This document shows, piece by piece, positions 44,105 to 58,205 of a stretch of 64,000 nt of DNA. The DNA comes from Eledone cirrhosa. Lineage: Eukaryota. Made by a program: the position numbers and the translations under genes. A model generated the notes under the pieces. The model saw only the letters and a program-made list of their open reading frames with translations, searched no databases and was not told the origin of the DNA. Position 1 is the stretch's first letter; the number at the start of each line of letters is the position of its first letter. The stretch spans positions 156,860,001-156,924,000 of the forward strand of contig OZ024740.1 in NCBI GenBank assembly GCA_964016885.1, read 5' to 3'.

Positions 44105-45752
44105 TTTGCATTTATCTTGCTTTATGTTTATACGAGTTATCACCAAGTCACAACCAGTGACCTCAAGAGACAACAAGGTCCGCCATGTTCAAGAAAGAAC
44201 ACACATATTCACACATGCATCCTTAGTGTTTAGACTTGTGATGTACTTATATTGACAGGATCTTCCTTAGTATATGGGCAGTTCCCATAAGTACTATTTT
44301 TGTATTTCTCCTATACGCGGGTTTCCTGGGATTTGCGATAAGTAGTCGTTAGACCCCTTAGGTATCATTCCCAGAGCGCCTACAACCACTGGTATTGTTT
44401 TACTTCTCAATTTCCACATTTTTCCAATTTCTATCTCCAGGTCCTTATACTTGCTCAATTTTTCAAATGTTTTTATAGATACATTCTTGTCTATTGGAAC
44501 AGACATATCAATTAGCAGGCATACCCTCCTTTGAAAGTCCTTCAATATTATATCAGGTCTATTTGCATCTATTTTTCGGTCTGTTTGGATGCTAAAGTTC
44601 CACAAGATTGAGATGTGATCTTTTTCAAGTATGGGAGGTGGTTGATGCTCCCACCAATTCTTTTAATGGGGCAGGTCAAAATGCTTACACATTATCCAAT
44701 GTATGTATTGTGCAGCTCTGTCATGCCTGTTTAGGTATTCGGTTGGAGCTATAGGACTGCACATTGAAATTATATGGTCAATGGTCTCTGGTTGTTTTTT
44801 GCATACACGGCATAATGGGCTGCACCCATTTTTTATTATGTTGGCTTGGTAATTTTTTGTTGGCAGACACTGATCTTGTGCGGATATAATCAGTCCTTCA
44901 GTCTCCGATTTCAGTCCAGAGGATGCCAACCACTGATGGGTTAAAGTTTTGTCAACATCAGGATTGTTAGCTCGCTCTGGGTATTTTCCATACAGAGGCT
45001 TTTCTTGCCATTTCTTAGCCAGTTTCTGTAGCAGTTCTTTCTTTGCAGTTACTTTTACCTGCTTTGCTTTTTCTGTGTTTTCCATTTCAGCAGTAAATGG
45101 GACTTCTGAAATTTGTAGTCCATTACTGTATCTTTGTGCATCTTTTGTAATGGAATATGATCTTTTGGTGCTTTCGTGTTTCAAAACGAGTTTGATCATC
45201 CAATCATGTGATTCCCTTAGATATGTGGATAATCCAATTGTTGCAGTTTTCAACGCAATGTCTAACTGGATTAACCCACGTCCTCCTTCTTTCCTAGGGA
45301 GATATATTCTATCTATGTCTGCCTTAGGGTGATGCATTCTGTGCATGGTTAAGAATTTTCAGATTTTTGTATCGAGCCTACGGATCTCTGTGCTTGACCA
45401 GTTGATGACATTGTAACTGTAGGTTACTACTGGTATGGCAAGCGTGTTTATGGCATCGATCCTATTCCTTGCATTCAATCCCGTTCTTAAGATTGCTCTG
45501 ACTCTGCGGTAACATTCCTTCCTTATCCTTTCCCTCATTGTCGAGTGCTTGATTCCGTCTCCTTCACAAACACCTAGATATTTGTAAGTTTGTTCTTGAT
45601 CAAGCTCTCTTATCACGTTCCCCCGATCAAGATTAATGTCTGAACTCTTCAGCAGCTTTCCTCTGGTGAACGTTGCTTTGGCGCATTTATCCAGTCCAAA
45701 CTCCATTTTAATGTCATCACTGAACTGCTTCACAGTGGATAATAGCCCTTGC
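44105..45752 (-). mobile_element. 5'-truncated R4/Dong-like non-LTR retrotransposon in (TAA)n
   Basis: RT end FSDDIKMEFGLDKCAK; RIYLPRKEGGRGL; zinc knuckle CRVCKKQPETIDHIISMC; RLE motif NRPDII...IDMSVP..KLSKYKDL; (TAA)n on both sides. Confidence 0.9.
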
Positions 45753-45760
45753 AATTATTA

Positions 45761-45815
<55 letters not shown>

Positions 45816-45826
45816 ATATAATATAT

Positions 45827-45960
<134 letters not shown>

Positions 45961-46125
45961 TATATTTATATATATATGAAAAGCATAAGAACTGCTAAAC
46001 CGGTAAAGGAACCAAATAAATATTCTTTAAAAAAACTCCAGTTGCATTTTCGATTTCATCCTTTTTCGTTATACTTTCGCTCGTGTAGGACATCTCGTTT
46101 TTTTTTCATTTAAAAAAAAACCCTC

Positions 46126-46165
<40 letters not shown>

Positions 46166-46168
<3 letters not shown>

Positions 46169-46551
46169 GGTTTGTTGGTTCACCACTGGATAGAACTGGT
46201 CGTTCCGTATTGTCAACCTCGATGTAATATTATGGAGAGTACTCAACGTAATGCAACATACCCGTCTTCGTTTGTGTAGTTGGTGGTGCGAGTACGGAGT
46301 TAATTTTTATAGAATAACAGGAGGCTGGACTGGTGTTAATTCCTTGAAAGGTTTATTATACTATGATCATTTCAATGACCGGGTTCAGTATGAATCCGGT
46401 GACATCATCAGGTATTCAGAATATAACATATGTTTTGATTATCTGAATACCTGATGATGTCACCGAATTCATACTGAACCCGGTCATTGAAATGTTCATA
46501 GTATAATAAACCTTTCAAGGAATTTACACCAGTCCAGCCTCCTGTTATTCT
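46166..46551. mobile_element. Fold-back family D remnant with two opposed HHRs (46358-46415 -, 46447-46504 +)
   Basis: Both arms carry CTGATGA...GAAA-tg(a/t)tca-TA-gtat. Confidence 0.85.
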
Positions 46552-46580
46552 ATAATATATATATATATATGTGTGTGCGT

Positions 46581-46713
<133 letters not shown>

Positions 46714-47634
46714 CAGGTTCTATTTTTGTAACTAAGATGCACTTAGTGACAAACCAATACGACTTTGTGTTCATCGGCATCTTAGTATTATGTAGTTTCC
46801 TTTGGTTAATTACACTGGTGAAAGAACTGTCGTTTTTTTTAGCGATTTTATTCTTGACGGGGTAATTTGATTTCACTTGTTAAAATTACGTATTTTTCTC
46901 ATTTGACAAAATATATGTATTTGTCTTTTTCTATTTGTATTCTATTTGTAAGGTTCCCTGTTTGAAAATAATCCCTAAAAGAGAAAACGTTTTATTCAGT
47001 AAACATTAAAAAAATTCAGTTCTATTAACGCATTCTAAATATACGGCCGTTCAGCGCAACATAATAATGATGTTGACGACGACGATGAGGATGATGATAA
47101 TGATGATGATGGTTTCTTACATTTCCAAAGTGCCACTAATTTTTAGGGGTTGGTACATGGTCTATTAAATTGAATCCAGTATATAATCAGAACATTTCAA
47201 ATGGTTGCCAGATCTGCTTCAAATCACACATCTTAAAACCGATTGGACACTTTTAAAATATAGTTCTTGATTTCAACTTGAATGTCTTTGTTTATAACAT
47301 TGAAATCACTATTATCTAAATGGTGGTTTAACCTGCAAGAAATAGTAGCCAAACTTCCCTCGAAACCCATTTTCTTTTAAAATAGAAGGATAATGTACCC
47401 CTAGATGATTCTATATAACTAGAAGGCTTTTGATTGGCATTGAACGTAACAATATTAACATCAATAAATCCGGGATTACCTTGGATGGACGCCTTTGATC
47501 ATAGATCTGTAGGATTGGAGCTGACCAAGTAGTAATAACCTCCAGACATCTTTGAAGTGAATCAATTACTAAAAGCTGAAATGTAATCTTATGTTTGCTT
47601 CATGGTCTTGACAGATAGCTTAACAAACGTTTAC

Positions 47635-47838
47635 CTCAGCGGATGACGACGGAGATGTCCTGAAAGAGCCAATCCAACTCATTTTTGCAGATAGCAATCT
47701 CCATTTTAAACGGCAGGTAGTGCTTGGACCTATGACTTAAAAGGTTTCCACCGTTATGTGTTAAACGAGAAACCTATCAGAGATCAGCTTTCCATTTTCA
47801 GTCTGTCGAGTGACTGAAGTATGGTTGCAGGTCATATC
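47635..47838 (-). other. Candidate host exon (5'UTR plus MSWIGSFRTSPSSSAE)
   Basis: Acceptor tttctctaatatag, start context aaaaATG and donor GAG|gtaaac, in non-repetitive-looking sequence. No homology recognised. Confidence 0.25.
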
Positions 47839-47876
47839 CTATATTAGAGAAACAGTAGATTCTGAGGAAACAATGA

Positions 47877-48075
47877 TAATTGTTTCTACTTTAGGCACAC
47901 GGCCAGCAATTTGAAGGGGAGGGGAATATCGATTAAATCGACCCCAGTGCATTACTGGTAACTTTATTTTATCGACCCCGTAAGAATGAAAGGCAAAGCT
48001 GACCTCAGCGGGATTTGAACTCAGAACGTAAAGCATGTTGTTCGACGCTCTAACGATACTGCCAATCCACCACCC
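47877..48075 (-). mobile_element. Meta-like SINE copy
   Basis: Matches the consensus. Confidence 0.8.
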
Positions 48076-48404
48076 TAAATAATGCTAATATTAATAATAA
48101 TTTGCTGTGTATGCATTATTCTAGAATGATTTTGTCGAAGGGGTGGATACAACCGATTAAATAAAAACAAATACTTGACTGCTACTTCATTTTATCGAGC
48201 CAGGAGAATTAAAAGCAATGTTGATCTAGATGAAGCGGCAACCAAATCCCCGAGGAATTGAAATTGTCAAGGTTTTGCTTTCTTTTCCATTATTTCAAAA
48301 GCAGATAGTTATGTAGCAATAATTACAAAGTTTGACAGAATCCAATTTACGACTCCGTTTGAACAGTTGGCTTTTTGGTATAAGGAACCATTCTTCAGAA
48401 ATAT

Positions 48405-48580
48405 AATTGTTTCTACTTTTGGCACAAGGCCAGCTATTACCCCAGTGCATTACTAGTACTTTATTTTATCGACCCCGTAAGGATGAAAGGCAAAGTTAAC
48501 CTCGGCGGGATTTGAACTCAGAATGGCAAGGGCCGTACCTCAATGCGTCAAAGCATGGCGTCCGACCTTCTACCGATATT
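48405..48580 (-). mobile_element. Meta-like SINE copy
   Basis: Matches the consensus. Confidence 0.85.
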
Positions 48581-48947
48581 GATAATGACGTTCATTTTTC
48601 TTTGAAAAAGAAAAAAAAAACAACTCGGAGCTCATCAAAATGTCATTTCCATCACTATATTCTAAATTCTTCATTCCTGATCTATATTTCTTTTTTAAAA
48701 TCATATTGCTTCTCTAATTAATTGTCATCCTTTCTCTCTCTGTCTTTCCTTCTCTGTTTTTCCTATCCAATTTATCAGCCTCCTCTTTTTCCTCATTCAC
48801 AATTTCCTTCTCCCCTTTCTAATTTATTTCCTCACTATAATTCATCTTCTCCTTCTCTTTCTCCCTTCTTCATTTATTTGACGTACTCCCTCTCAATTTT
48901 ATTCCAAATACCCTATGACCTTAAAAGATGTTGTTGCTGTGGTTGCA

Positions 48948-49002
<55 letters not shown>

Positions 49003-49003
49003 T

Positions 49004-49044
<41 letters not shown>

Positions 49045-49354
49045 ATAATAATAATAATAATGATTTCTTTATTGGCCACAAGGGCTGACATCAAGAAAAA
49101 CATCACATACGGAACAGGACGGTACGATGTGGGTTTTGTGCGTGTAAATATTTTTATTATTTATATAAGAAAAGAAAAAAGACATAAAACATATATATAT
49201 ATATATAAACAATAAAATGAAAATTGAAACAATGAAAAATTCCCCAATAGGGGGGAAACCTCCGAGGGTTACTCGTGGCGAAAACCATACAAAAGACCAC
49301 GGCCACCCTGACTACCAGGGCAAGCGCCCTCTCTCAATTTTTCCATCTCTCAAA

Positions 49355-52300
49355 CTACAGACGTATATTCAGAGTGGTCCCGTTTACTCGGACCATTCTC
49401 GCTACATTCACCCACCTTTCAAAAAACTTGCTAGAAGGCAGCACTTGCCTCTCCACCCTGATTTTCCTCTTCAAGTGAAACTTGAAAAAGTTAATCAGGG
49501 ATTCGCCGAAAAGGAAAGTGTTTGTCTTTAAGCCTTTTAATCTTGTCCACCACACAATATCTTTCGCCATGGCCACCAGGCAGATGAAAACCGCCTGCCC
49601 TTCCTCCTCAAAGGAAGACAGCGAGACCATCTGCAGAATGGACTCAGTCGACAACCGGATCAGTCCCACACGTGACAGCAACTGTTCGACATAGCTCCAC
49701 AAGTCAGCAATGCTCGGGCACTGAACGAGTGCGTGCACAACGGTTCGTCGCTATGCGCGCATCTCGGACAGGCTCGGCTGACGGCACTTCCGTGCCTGTA
49801 GAGCTTATCTCGAACCGACCGCGCTCCCCGGTAGCACTGCCAGGCCAGGGATTTTGGGAAGTTATCCATAGGCCCCGGGCTGAAAGTACTCCGGAAGAGA
49901 GCAAGCAGCTGATCTTCTTCGACGCCCAGGATCTCTCCGAGAACGTCGTCGCTCTTCCCCTCCACTAGTCCTCTATAGAACGCCGAGGTGGAAATTCCAC
50001 CGATACTGGTGCCCAACTGGGAGAGGGCAGTGAGCGCCTGGAGACATTCCAGTTTCCAAGCGCTATCCTTCGGTCTTTTTCTGACCCAGGACTGCAGCTC
50101 CGTCAAGGAGACGAGCTGTGGGAAAATGTGCCTGGCGAACGGCGACCACACCCGTTCACCATCAAGGAAGCACCAGAGATGTCGCAGCCTCAGCGCATGT
50201 TTGAGCATCATCAGCCATGGCATGCCCAGTCCTCCACGCAACGGGTGTTGACAGCAGATGGATCGTCTGACCATGGGAGCGCGTCCCTTCCACAAAAAGC
50301 GGAAGAGGAGGCGCTCCATTTTGGTGAGAGTTGGGCTGGAGCAAGGGACGACGGTGAGGCGGTAGCAGATGACGGATGCGATGTACGCATTCGCCACTTC
50401 CGCCCGGCCTTTCAGGGACAGCTTCCTCTCAGCCCATTTCTGGGTGAGGGAGGCCACCCTGCTCGTCACCTCGTTCCAGTTTTTCTCCATCTGGAGGTCC
50501 GGTCCGAACCAGACCCCGAGCAATTTAACCGGTCCGTCCAACGCCCCACGACGCTGTCGGACGGCATGGACTTGCCTCTCCAGGTGCCTAGCTGCAAGCC
50601 CACCGACTTTTCCTGGTTTATCTTTGCTCCTGTCACCGTTTCGTATTCCTTGAGAGCGGTGCTGAGCATCTGGACGTGTCTGGTGCTCGACACCACCACG
50701 GTGACGTTGTCAGCGTAAGCCGACTCGGATTTCCCGCAACCTAGTTCGTATGGGACGCCCCTCATCGCCCCCAGTTTGTGCAGTAACGGCTCGAGAGCCA
50801 ATACGTACAAGAGGGACGAGAGAGGACAACCCTGGCGGACTGAGCGCATGATGCTGAACGGCTGCAACAGGTGACCGTTCACCCTCACAACTGAGCAGAT
50901 GTTGCTATACATTGCTGCGATCCAACGCCTGAAAACGGGCCCGAAACCGGCTGCCTCGAGGACCGCCGCCAGGTACCGATGGTTGACCCTATCGAATGCT
51001 TTGGATTGATCCAAGTTGATCAGAGCCCCACCCTTGCCAGGTTCCTTAACCGCCCTCTCTATGATGTATCGCATGAGGTGGAGGTTGTCGTGTATGGATC
51101 TGTCCGGGAAGCCGCATGTCTGCGCCTCTCCCACCAGACCCATGACGACAAGCGCCAACCTCGTTGCTAACACCTTGGCCAAAATCTTCAACTCTGCGTT
51201 TAGCATGGTTATGGGCCTAAAATTATCAATAACATTCCCCTTGTTCGGGTCTTTTCTCAGCAGCGCCACTGCTCCCCGGCTCGCAAAACTGGGAATGCTC
51301 CCGTTCTGCTGCCAGTTGCAGTAGACGTCTGCCAAGAGGTCACCGAACAAGTCTGGCATAAATGCATAAAGCTCGTAGGGCAGACCATCTAAACCTGGCG
51401 ATTTACCTCTTGTGCAGTTAGCCATCGCTTCCCATATTTCACCGGCTGTTATTGGCTTTTCGTAACACTGTGCTGCGGTCGTCGAGAGCCGAGGCACTCC
51501 GTCGAGGTATGCATTAAAGTCCATGCCCCGATCCGGGCCGCCGCCGCTTCCGAACAGTTCAGCAAAGTGCTGCTGAAAAGCTTCACACTTCCGCTCGGGT
51601 TCGAGCATCACGCACCCGTTTTGGTCAGACAAAGACCGAATTGTGGCTCTGTTGCCACGTCGCGCCTCTGCCACCCGGGCCCATTGGACGGCTTTTGTCC
51701 CCTCGTGTTTCAGAGCACGCGCTCTAGCTCTGACAACGCAGCCTTCGTGTTTTGCGTTGAAGAATTGGTCGAGTGCCAATCTCGCCGCAAGCACGTCGGT
51801 TGCGATGCCTGTCCTAAACGCCTCTTATAGCTTTCTGACTAGCTCTCCCTCTACTCTATTTTCCTCTATCACTACTCCTTTGCTAATCCTAATCGACTCT
51901 ACTTTAATTGCCCTTTTGAGGGCGAACCACCACCAGTTGTTGACGACCGCTCCCGTCAACGCTCGCTTAACTCATACGCTAATCCGGTCTCTGTAGGCCT
52001 TGCGCGCCGGGAAAGACGCGTTCAGCTTCCAGTAACCAGGCCCTGGTCTATGAAGTCTGTCTATGTCGATCTCACAGATCACAAATTTGTGGTCTGTGTA
52101 GTCGACTATTTTAAATTGTGGACAACTTATACTAGCCTTATCTAGTTCCCTGCAGAATACCCTATCTAGATACGATCTGGATGACCCGATGCGGTTTGTC
52201 GATGTCCACATTGGCACATTCGGTTGATCCAGTCGATACCTGTCAGACAGTTCAAAACGTCTGAGCAGGTTGGTGAGGCTCTTGCACGCTCCTCCCCTAT

Positions 52301-52769
52301 CTACTAGCCGCACACGATCCCAGCGTGCATCCAAGATACCGTTTCAGTCGCCCACTAACACTAAAGAGCGGGACGTTCCAAGAAAGGTCTCTAGACGTCT
52401 GAAGAAATCTGGCCGTCCTGCCCCTGTTGGGGCGTAGACGGCTACTAGCCTTAAAGCATTGCCTTCGCTGCCGGTCACGTCCAGCACCACCGACTTACCT
52501 TCTGGGTCCAGGAAGATGGCTCGTATCGCGAGATCCAAGCCTCTCCGAAAAAGGACGGCAACCCCTCCCCCCGATCATGGACGGCTGGGAGATGCGTATA
52601 TATCGTAGCCGCCGAAGATCGGTGCGAAGGCCCGTGCCTCGGAGATTCTGGTTTCACTGATGGCCACCACATCTATGTTTAGTGACTTGAGGTCATTGAG
52701 CAGGTGACCCTGCTTCCAAGATGACCCCAGGCCACGTGCATTTATACTGCCTATTCTGAGTACAGTCAT
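49355..52769 (-). pseudogene. ORF2 (APE endonuclease-RT-zinc finger), frameshifted
   Basis: IGSINARGL, VAVYAP, VGD, SYLDRVF, TDH, KSPGLDG, FRPITMLN, DQSKAFDRV, RQGCPLS, YADN, GGLG, CPRC. Confidence 0.9.
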
Positions 52770-52801
52770 GTTGGATGAGAAACGGGGCAAATGAGAAAGG
52801 G

Positions 52802-54309
52802 TCACTTACCTTGTTCGTGTGGTGAAGGGACAGTAGAACCGTCCCTTTCGCTGGTGATGGGTGTTTCCAAGAGAATGTCAGTGTATATCCTCTTGGTAAC
52901 CGTCCCTCAGAAGTCTCCAACTGCGTTGGGGAATTTTTGTTTTAAAGGTTTGTATTGTGCTACGGACGTTGCCCTCCTACTCACCGTGGAAGGGGCTTCT
53001 TCGTTTGTTGCCTGTCCTGCTCTTGGTAGCAGCGGACCAGGTATTGGAAGGAGAGGGGCCCTCTTCGGTGTCTTCTGCGGGCAAAAGGCCCTGAGGTGAC
53101 CTTTCGACCCACAGAGATAACATTTTGGCCGTCTTCCTTCTACACTTATAGGGAGTTGGAGTCCTTCCTCAAAGTCTATGATATCGGGGATAGCCTCGAT
53201 ACATTCCTGGTCAGTTTGTATAAGCATTTGCATGCCTATACCTGACCAGTTCTCTCTCCCTATTTTTTCTACTTGCAGCATGGTCGCCCTGTTCTCAATT
53301 CCAGCAAGGACAGACGCGGCCAGCCAAGGTATGGGCACGTCGGGTGGGACCTGGGTCACTTTGACCCTCACAATTTTCTGCCCGCAGTAGGAGGGCACCA
53401 AGACTAACTCGTCACTCTTTAGGGTTTCCAAAGAGTGAGACTTTGCTTCCTGGGGGGTGGCGAAAAGTACGTCTACTGTGGCGTACTTTCTGCCTCGGGT
53501 GATGTGGGTTTTGCGTGCCTAGACGCACCCCAAGGCCTTTTGGATTTGAGCCTCCGTGGCTCTCTCCACTCGATGTGAGATTTTGCTTACGGTGCGGTAA
53601 GTCACCGTTCGTAGCTGCTGGTCCTTGAAAAAATCGGGTGGAAGTTTCAGGGAAACTCTATTTGCGCTTCTTGTCACCATGGCCCTTGCGACTGCCATCT
53701 CCTCCTCTGTGACTAACACTGTCTCGATATTTCGGGCTACACCTGCAAAAGAAGTGGTCCCTTTTTCAGCAGCACCACTATTGCTGCCGCTACTGGCCTT
53801 ACTGGTGGTGCTGAGATCGCTATTACAGGTATCGGTGTCATTGTTGTTGTTTTCGTTGGTACAATTGTTGGTGTTGTTGTTGTTCTTGTTTTCGTTGATA
53901 CTGTTGCTGTTGTTACTGTTATTGTGGCTGTTGTTATTATTGTTGTTTTTGTTGATACTGTTCCTACTATTATTGTTGTTGTGGCTGTTGTTATTGTCAT
54001 TGTTATTGTCGTTCTCGACCTTACCGCTGTTATTTTTGTTATTGTCGTTCTCGACCTTACCGCTGTTATTTTTGTTATTGTCGTTCTCGACTTTACCGCT
54101 GTTATTTTTGGTGTTGTTGTTGGTGTTATTGTTGGTGTTGTTTGTGTTAGAAATATTTGGTAATTTTAAATCTGTAACAATCTTTTTTTTTCTTTGTAAT
54201 ATTTTCGTTTATATTTACCTCCGCTGGAACGCTGTCTTGTTGACATGCTAATAAAGTCTCCCTCTCTCTGTTTTGTCTGACAACGCTCTCTCTTTTTTGT
54301 GTTATCCAT
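52802..54309 (-). pseudogene. ORF1 (gag-like, zinc knuckle), disrupted
   Basis: Low-complexity N-terminus with 36-bp repeats; VEGRRPKCYLCGSKGHLRAFC. Confidence 0.8.
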
Positions 54310-54792
54310 GTTGAAATTTTTCAAAAAAATATTTTTACACAAATACGAATACGACACCCCGTAAAGGGGTGCCGTATTATTTACTAGTGAACCACTGTAT
54401 TAGGTGGGTCACTTCTTCTAAACTTTTATAAAATTTTAAACTTGAATAAAAGGTTTAGAACGGTTGAAAAAGAGGTAAAACGTTGAAAAAGACTGGAGGC
54501 GATAAGAAGCGTGGCTTCACCAACCAATAATAATAATAATAATAATAATGTTTTCTTTATTAACCACAAGGGTTTACATAAAGTAGACATTAAAGACAGT
54601 ACAGGACAATACAGGACGGTACAAATGGGCATTTCTGCGTGTAAAAAAACAGAGGATGAAATAAAATAACGAAGAAAAATTCCCCAATAGGGGGGAGTTT
54701 TCCGAGGGACATTTGTGGAGAAAGCCCATTAAAAGACCACAGTGACCCTGACCACCAGGGCAAGTGCCCTCTCCCAGTTTTCCACCTTTAAT

Positions 54793-57700
54793 TTACAGAC
54801 ACATACTCAGAGTAGGCCCATTTACTCGGGCCATACTTGCTTCTCTCACCCATCTTTCAACAAAATGCTGGGAAGAGAGCACTTCCCTTTCTACCCTGAT
54901 TTTCCTTTTCAAATGAAATTTGAAAAAGTTAATCAGGGCATCACCGAAGAGGTAAGTGCTCGTCTTCAGCCCTTTCAAACGTATCCACCATACTATCTCT
55001 TTCGCCATGGCCACCAGACAGATAAAAACTGCCTGCCCTTCCCGGCTAAGGGAAGAAAGCGGGGCAATCCTCACGATGGACTCAGCTGATAGCTGGATCC
55101 GTCCTACACGTGACAGCAGGTGTTCGACATAAACCCACAAGTCAGCAATGCTCGGACACTGGACGAGTGCGTGCAGGACGGTTTCGTCGCCCTGCGCGCA
55201 TCTCGGACATGCCCGGCTGACGGCACCTCCATGCCTGTAGAGTTTATCCCGACCGAACTGGCAAAGCTCCCCGGTAGCACTGCCAGGCCAGGGATTTCTG
55301 GAAGTTGTCCATAGGCCCCGGCCCGAAAGTCCGTCCGAAGAGATTGGCTAGTTGATTTTCGTCGACGCCTAGAGTTTATCCAAGTACGTCGTCGCTCTTC
55401 CCCTCTACTAATCCTCTATAGAACGCCAAAGTGGAGTTTCCACCGATCACATTGCCCGATTGGTCGAGGGCTGTGAGCGCCTGAAGACATTACAGTCTCC
55501 AAGCGCTCCCTCTCGGTCTTCGCTTGACCCAGGACTGCAGCTCCGTCAAGGAGACGAGCTGGGGAAAGACGTGTCTAGCAAACGGCGACCACACCTGATC
55601 ACCGTCGAGGAAGAGGTGGAGATGTCGTAGCCTGAGCGCGTGTCTGCGCATCATCAGCCACGGCATTCCCAGCCCTCCACGTAGCGGGTGTTGACAGCAG
55701 ATGGACCGCCTGACCATCGGAGAGCGTCCCTTCCACAAAAATCGAAAGAGCAAACACTCCAGCGCAGTCAGGCGGGGCTTAGAACAAGGAACTACGGTCA
55801 GGCGGTAGTAGATGACGGACGCGATGTACGCGTTAGCCACCTCCGCTTGACCTTTCAGGGATAGCTTCCTCTCCGCCCATTTCTGGACCTGCTCGTCACC
55901 TCGCCCCAGTTTTTGTCCGTCTGGAGGTCCGGACCGAACCAGACCCCTAACAATTTAACCGGTCCATCCATCCAGCGCCCGACGACGCTGTTGGACGGCA
56001 TGGACCTGCCTTACCAGGTGCCGAGCTGCAGGCCCACTGACTTTTCCTGGTTGATCATTGCTCCTGTCACCGCTTCGTATTCTCTTAGTGTAGTGCCGAT
56101 CGCCTCGATGTGTTTGGCGTTCGACACCACTACGGTGACATCGTCCGCATATGCTGACACGGATCTTCCGCATTCTAGTTCGCGCGGGACCCCCCTCAAC
56201 GTCTCCAGTTTGTGCAGTAATGGCTCGAGAGTCAATACGTACAAGAGGGACGAGAGGGGACATCCTTGGTGGACCGAGCGCATGATGTTGAACGGTTCCG
56301 AAAGGTGACTGTTCACTGTCACCTCAGAGCAGATGTCGCTGTGCATGGCAGCGATCCAGCCTCTGAAGACGGGCCCAAAGCCAGCCGCCCTCAGGATTGC
56401 CGCTAGGTAACGATGGTCGACCCTATCGAAAGCTTTCGACTGATCTAAATTTATCAAAGACCCACCCGTGCCAGGTTCCCAAGCTACCCTCTCTACGATG
56501 TATCGCATGAGGTGGAGGTTGTCGTGGATGGATCTGTCGGGAATGGCGCATGTCTGCGCCTCTCCCACCAGACCACCAACGACAAGCGCGAACCTCTTTG
56601 CTAGCACCTTGGCCAAAATCTTGAACTCTGTGTTTAGCAGAGTTATGGGCCTAAAATTATCTGTGTTATCCTCCTTGTTCAGATCCTTTCTCAGCAGCAC
56701 CACAGCTCCTCGGCTCACAGAGCTGGGAATTCTCCCGTTCTGTTGCCAGTTGCAGTAGACGTCCGCCAAGAGGCCTCCGAACGTAAAGTTCATAGGGCAG
56801 ACCATCCATACCAGGCGATTTACCCCTTGTGCAGCTAGTCATTGCCTCCCGTACTTCAGCGGCTGTTATCGGCTTTTCTCAACACTCCGCCTCAGTGGCC
56901 GAGAGCCGCGGCAGTCCGTCGAGGTAGACACTAAAGTCCATCCCTCGATCCGGCCCGCCGCTGCCCCCTAACAACTGAGCGAAGTGTCGCTGAAAAGCTT
57001 CATACATTTGCCCGGGATCGAGTAGCATGCCCGTCGTGGTCCACCAAAGACCGGATCGTGGCTTTGTTGCCACGACGCGCCTCCGCCACTCGGGCCCATT
57101 GAACGGATTTCGTTTCCTCGTGTCTGAGAGCACGCACCCTAGCTCTGACAACGCAGCCTTCGTGCTTTGCATTGAAGAATTGGTCAAGGGCCAATTTCGC
57201 CGCAAGTACGTCGGTCGCGATACCTTTGCTAAGCGCCTCGTCTAATTTTCTAACTAATTCTCCCTCTGCTCTATTTTTCTCTATTGCTAAAGCCTTACTA
57301 AACATAATGGACTCTATTCTAATTGCTTTTTTCAGAGCAAACCAGCACTTGTTGTTGACGATGGCCCCCGTCAACGCCCGCTTAACTAGTTCGCTAATCC
57401 GGTCTCTGTAGGCCTTGCGCGCTGGTAAGGACGCGTTTAGCTTCCAGTAGCCGGGTCCTCGTCTATGAAGCCTATCTAAGTCAAGCACACAGATCACGAA
57501 TTTGTGGTCCGTGTAGCTGACTATCTTAAATTGTGGACAACCTATGCTAGACCTATCTATTTCTCTACAAAATACTCTATCTGGATGACCCGATACGATT
57601 TGTCCAAGTCCACATTGGCACATTCAGGAAATCCAATCGGTACCTGTCAGACAGTTCAAAACGCCTGAGCAGGTTGGTGAGGCTCTTGCACCCTCCTCCC

Positions 57701-58171
57701 CTATCCGCTAATCCCACACAGTCCCAGTGTGCATCTAAGATCCCATTCCAGTCGCCCACTAACACTAAAGAGCGGGACGTTCCAAGAAAGGTCTCCAGAC
57801 GCCGGAAGAAATCAGGCCGCCCTGCACCTGTCGGGGCATAGACGGCCACTAGCCTGAAAGCTTACCCGTCTCCGCTGGGCACGTCTAGCACCACCAACTT
57901 ATCTTCTGGGTCCAGGAAGATGGCCCGTATGGCGAAATCCAAACCTCTCCGAAAAAGCACAGCAACTCCTCCCCCGATCCCGGACGGCTGGGAGATGCGT
58001 ACACATCGTAGCCGCCGAAGATCGGTGCGAAGGCCCGTGCTTCGGAGATTCTGGTCTCGCTGATGGTCACTACATCTATGTTAGTGACCTGAGGTCGTTG
58101 AGCAGGTGACCCTGCTTCCATGACGACCCCAAGCCACGCGCATTTATGCTGCCTATTCTGAGTGAGGGCAT
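54793..58171 (-). pseudogene. ORF2 (APE endonuclease-RT-zinc finger), frameshifted
   Basis: VGDWN, TDH, YWKLNAS, FRPITLLN, KAFDRV, QGCPLS, YADD. Confidence 0.9.
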
Positions 58172-58205
58172 GTTGAAATGGAGTGGAAAAGATGGGAAAG
58201 ACCAC

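Larger units (their letters stand above)
49062..54525 (-). mobile_element. Near full-length L1/Tx1-like non-LTR retrotransposon, copy 1
   Basis: ORF1 with a zinc knuckle; ORF2 with APE endonuclease, RT and C-terminal CCHC; bounded by (TAA)n. Confidence 0.9.
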
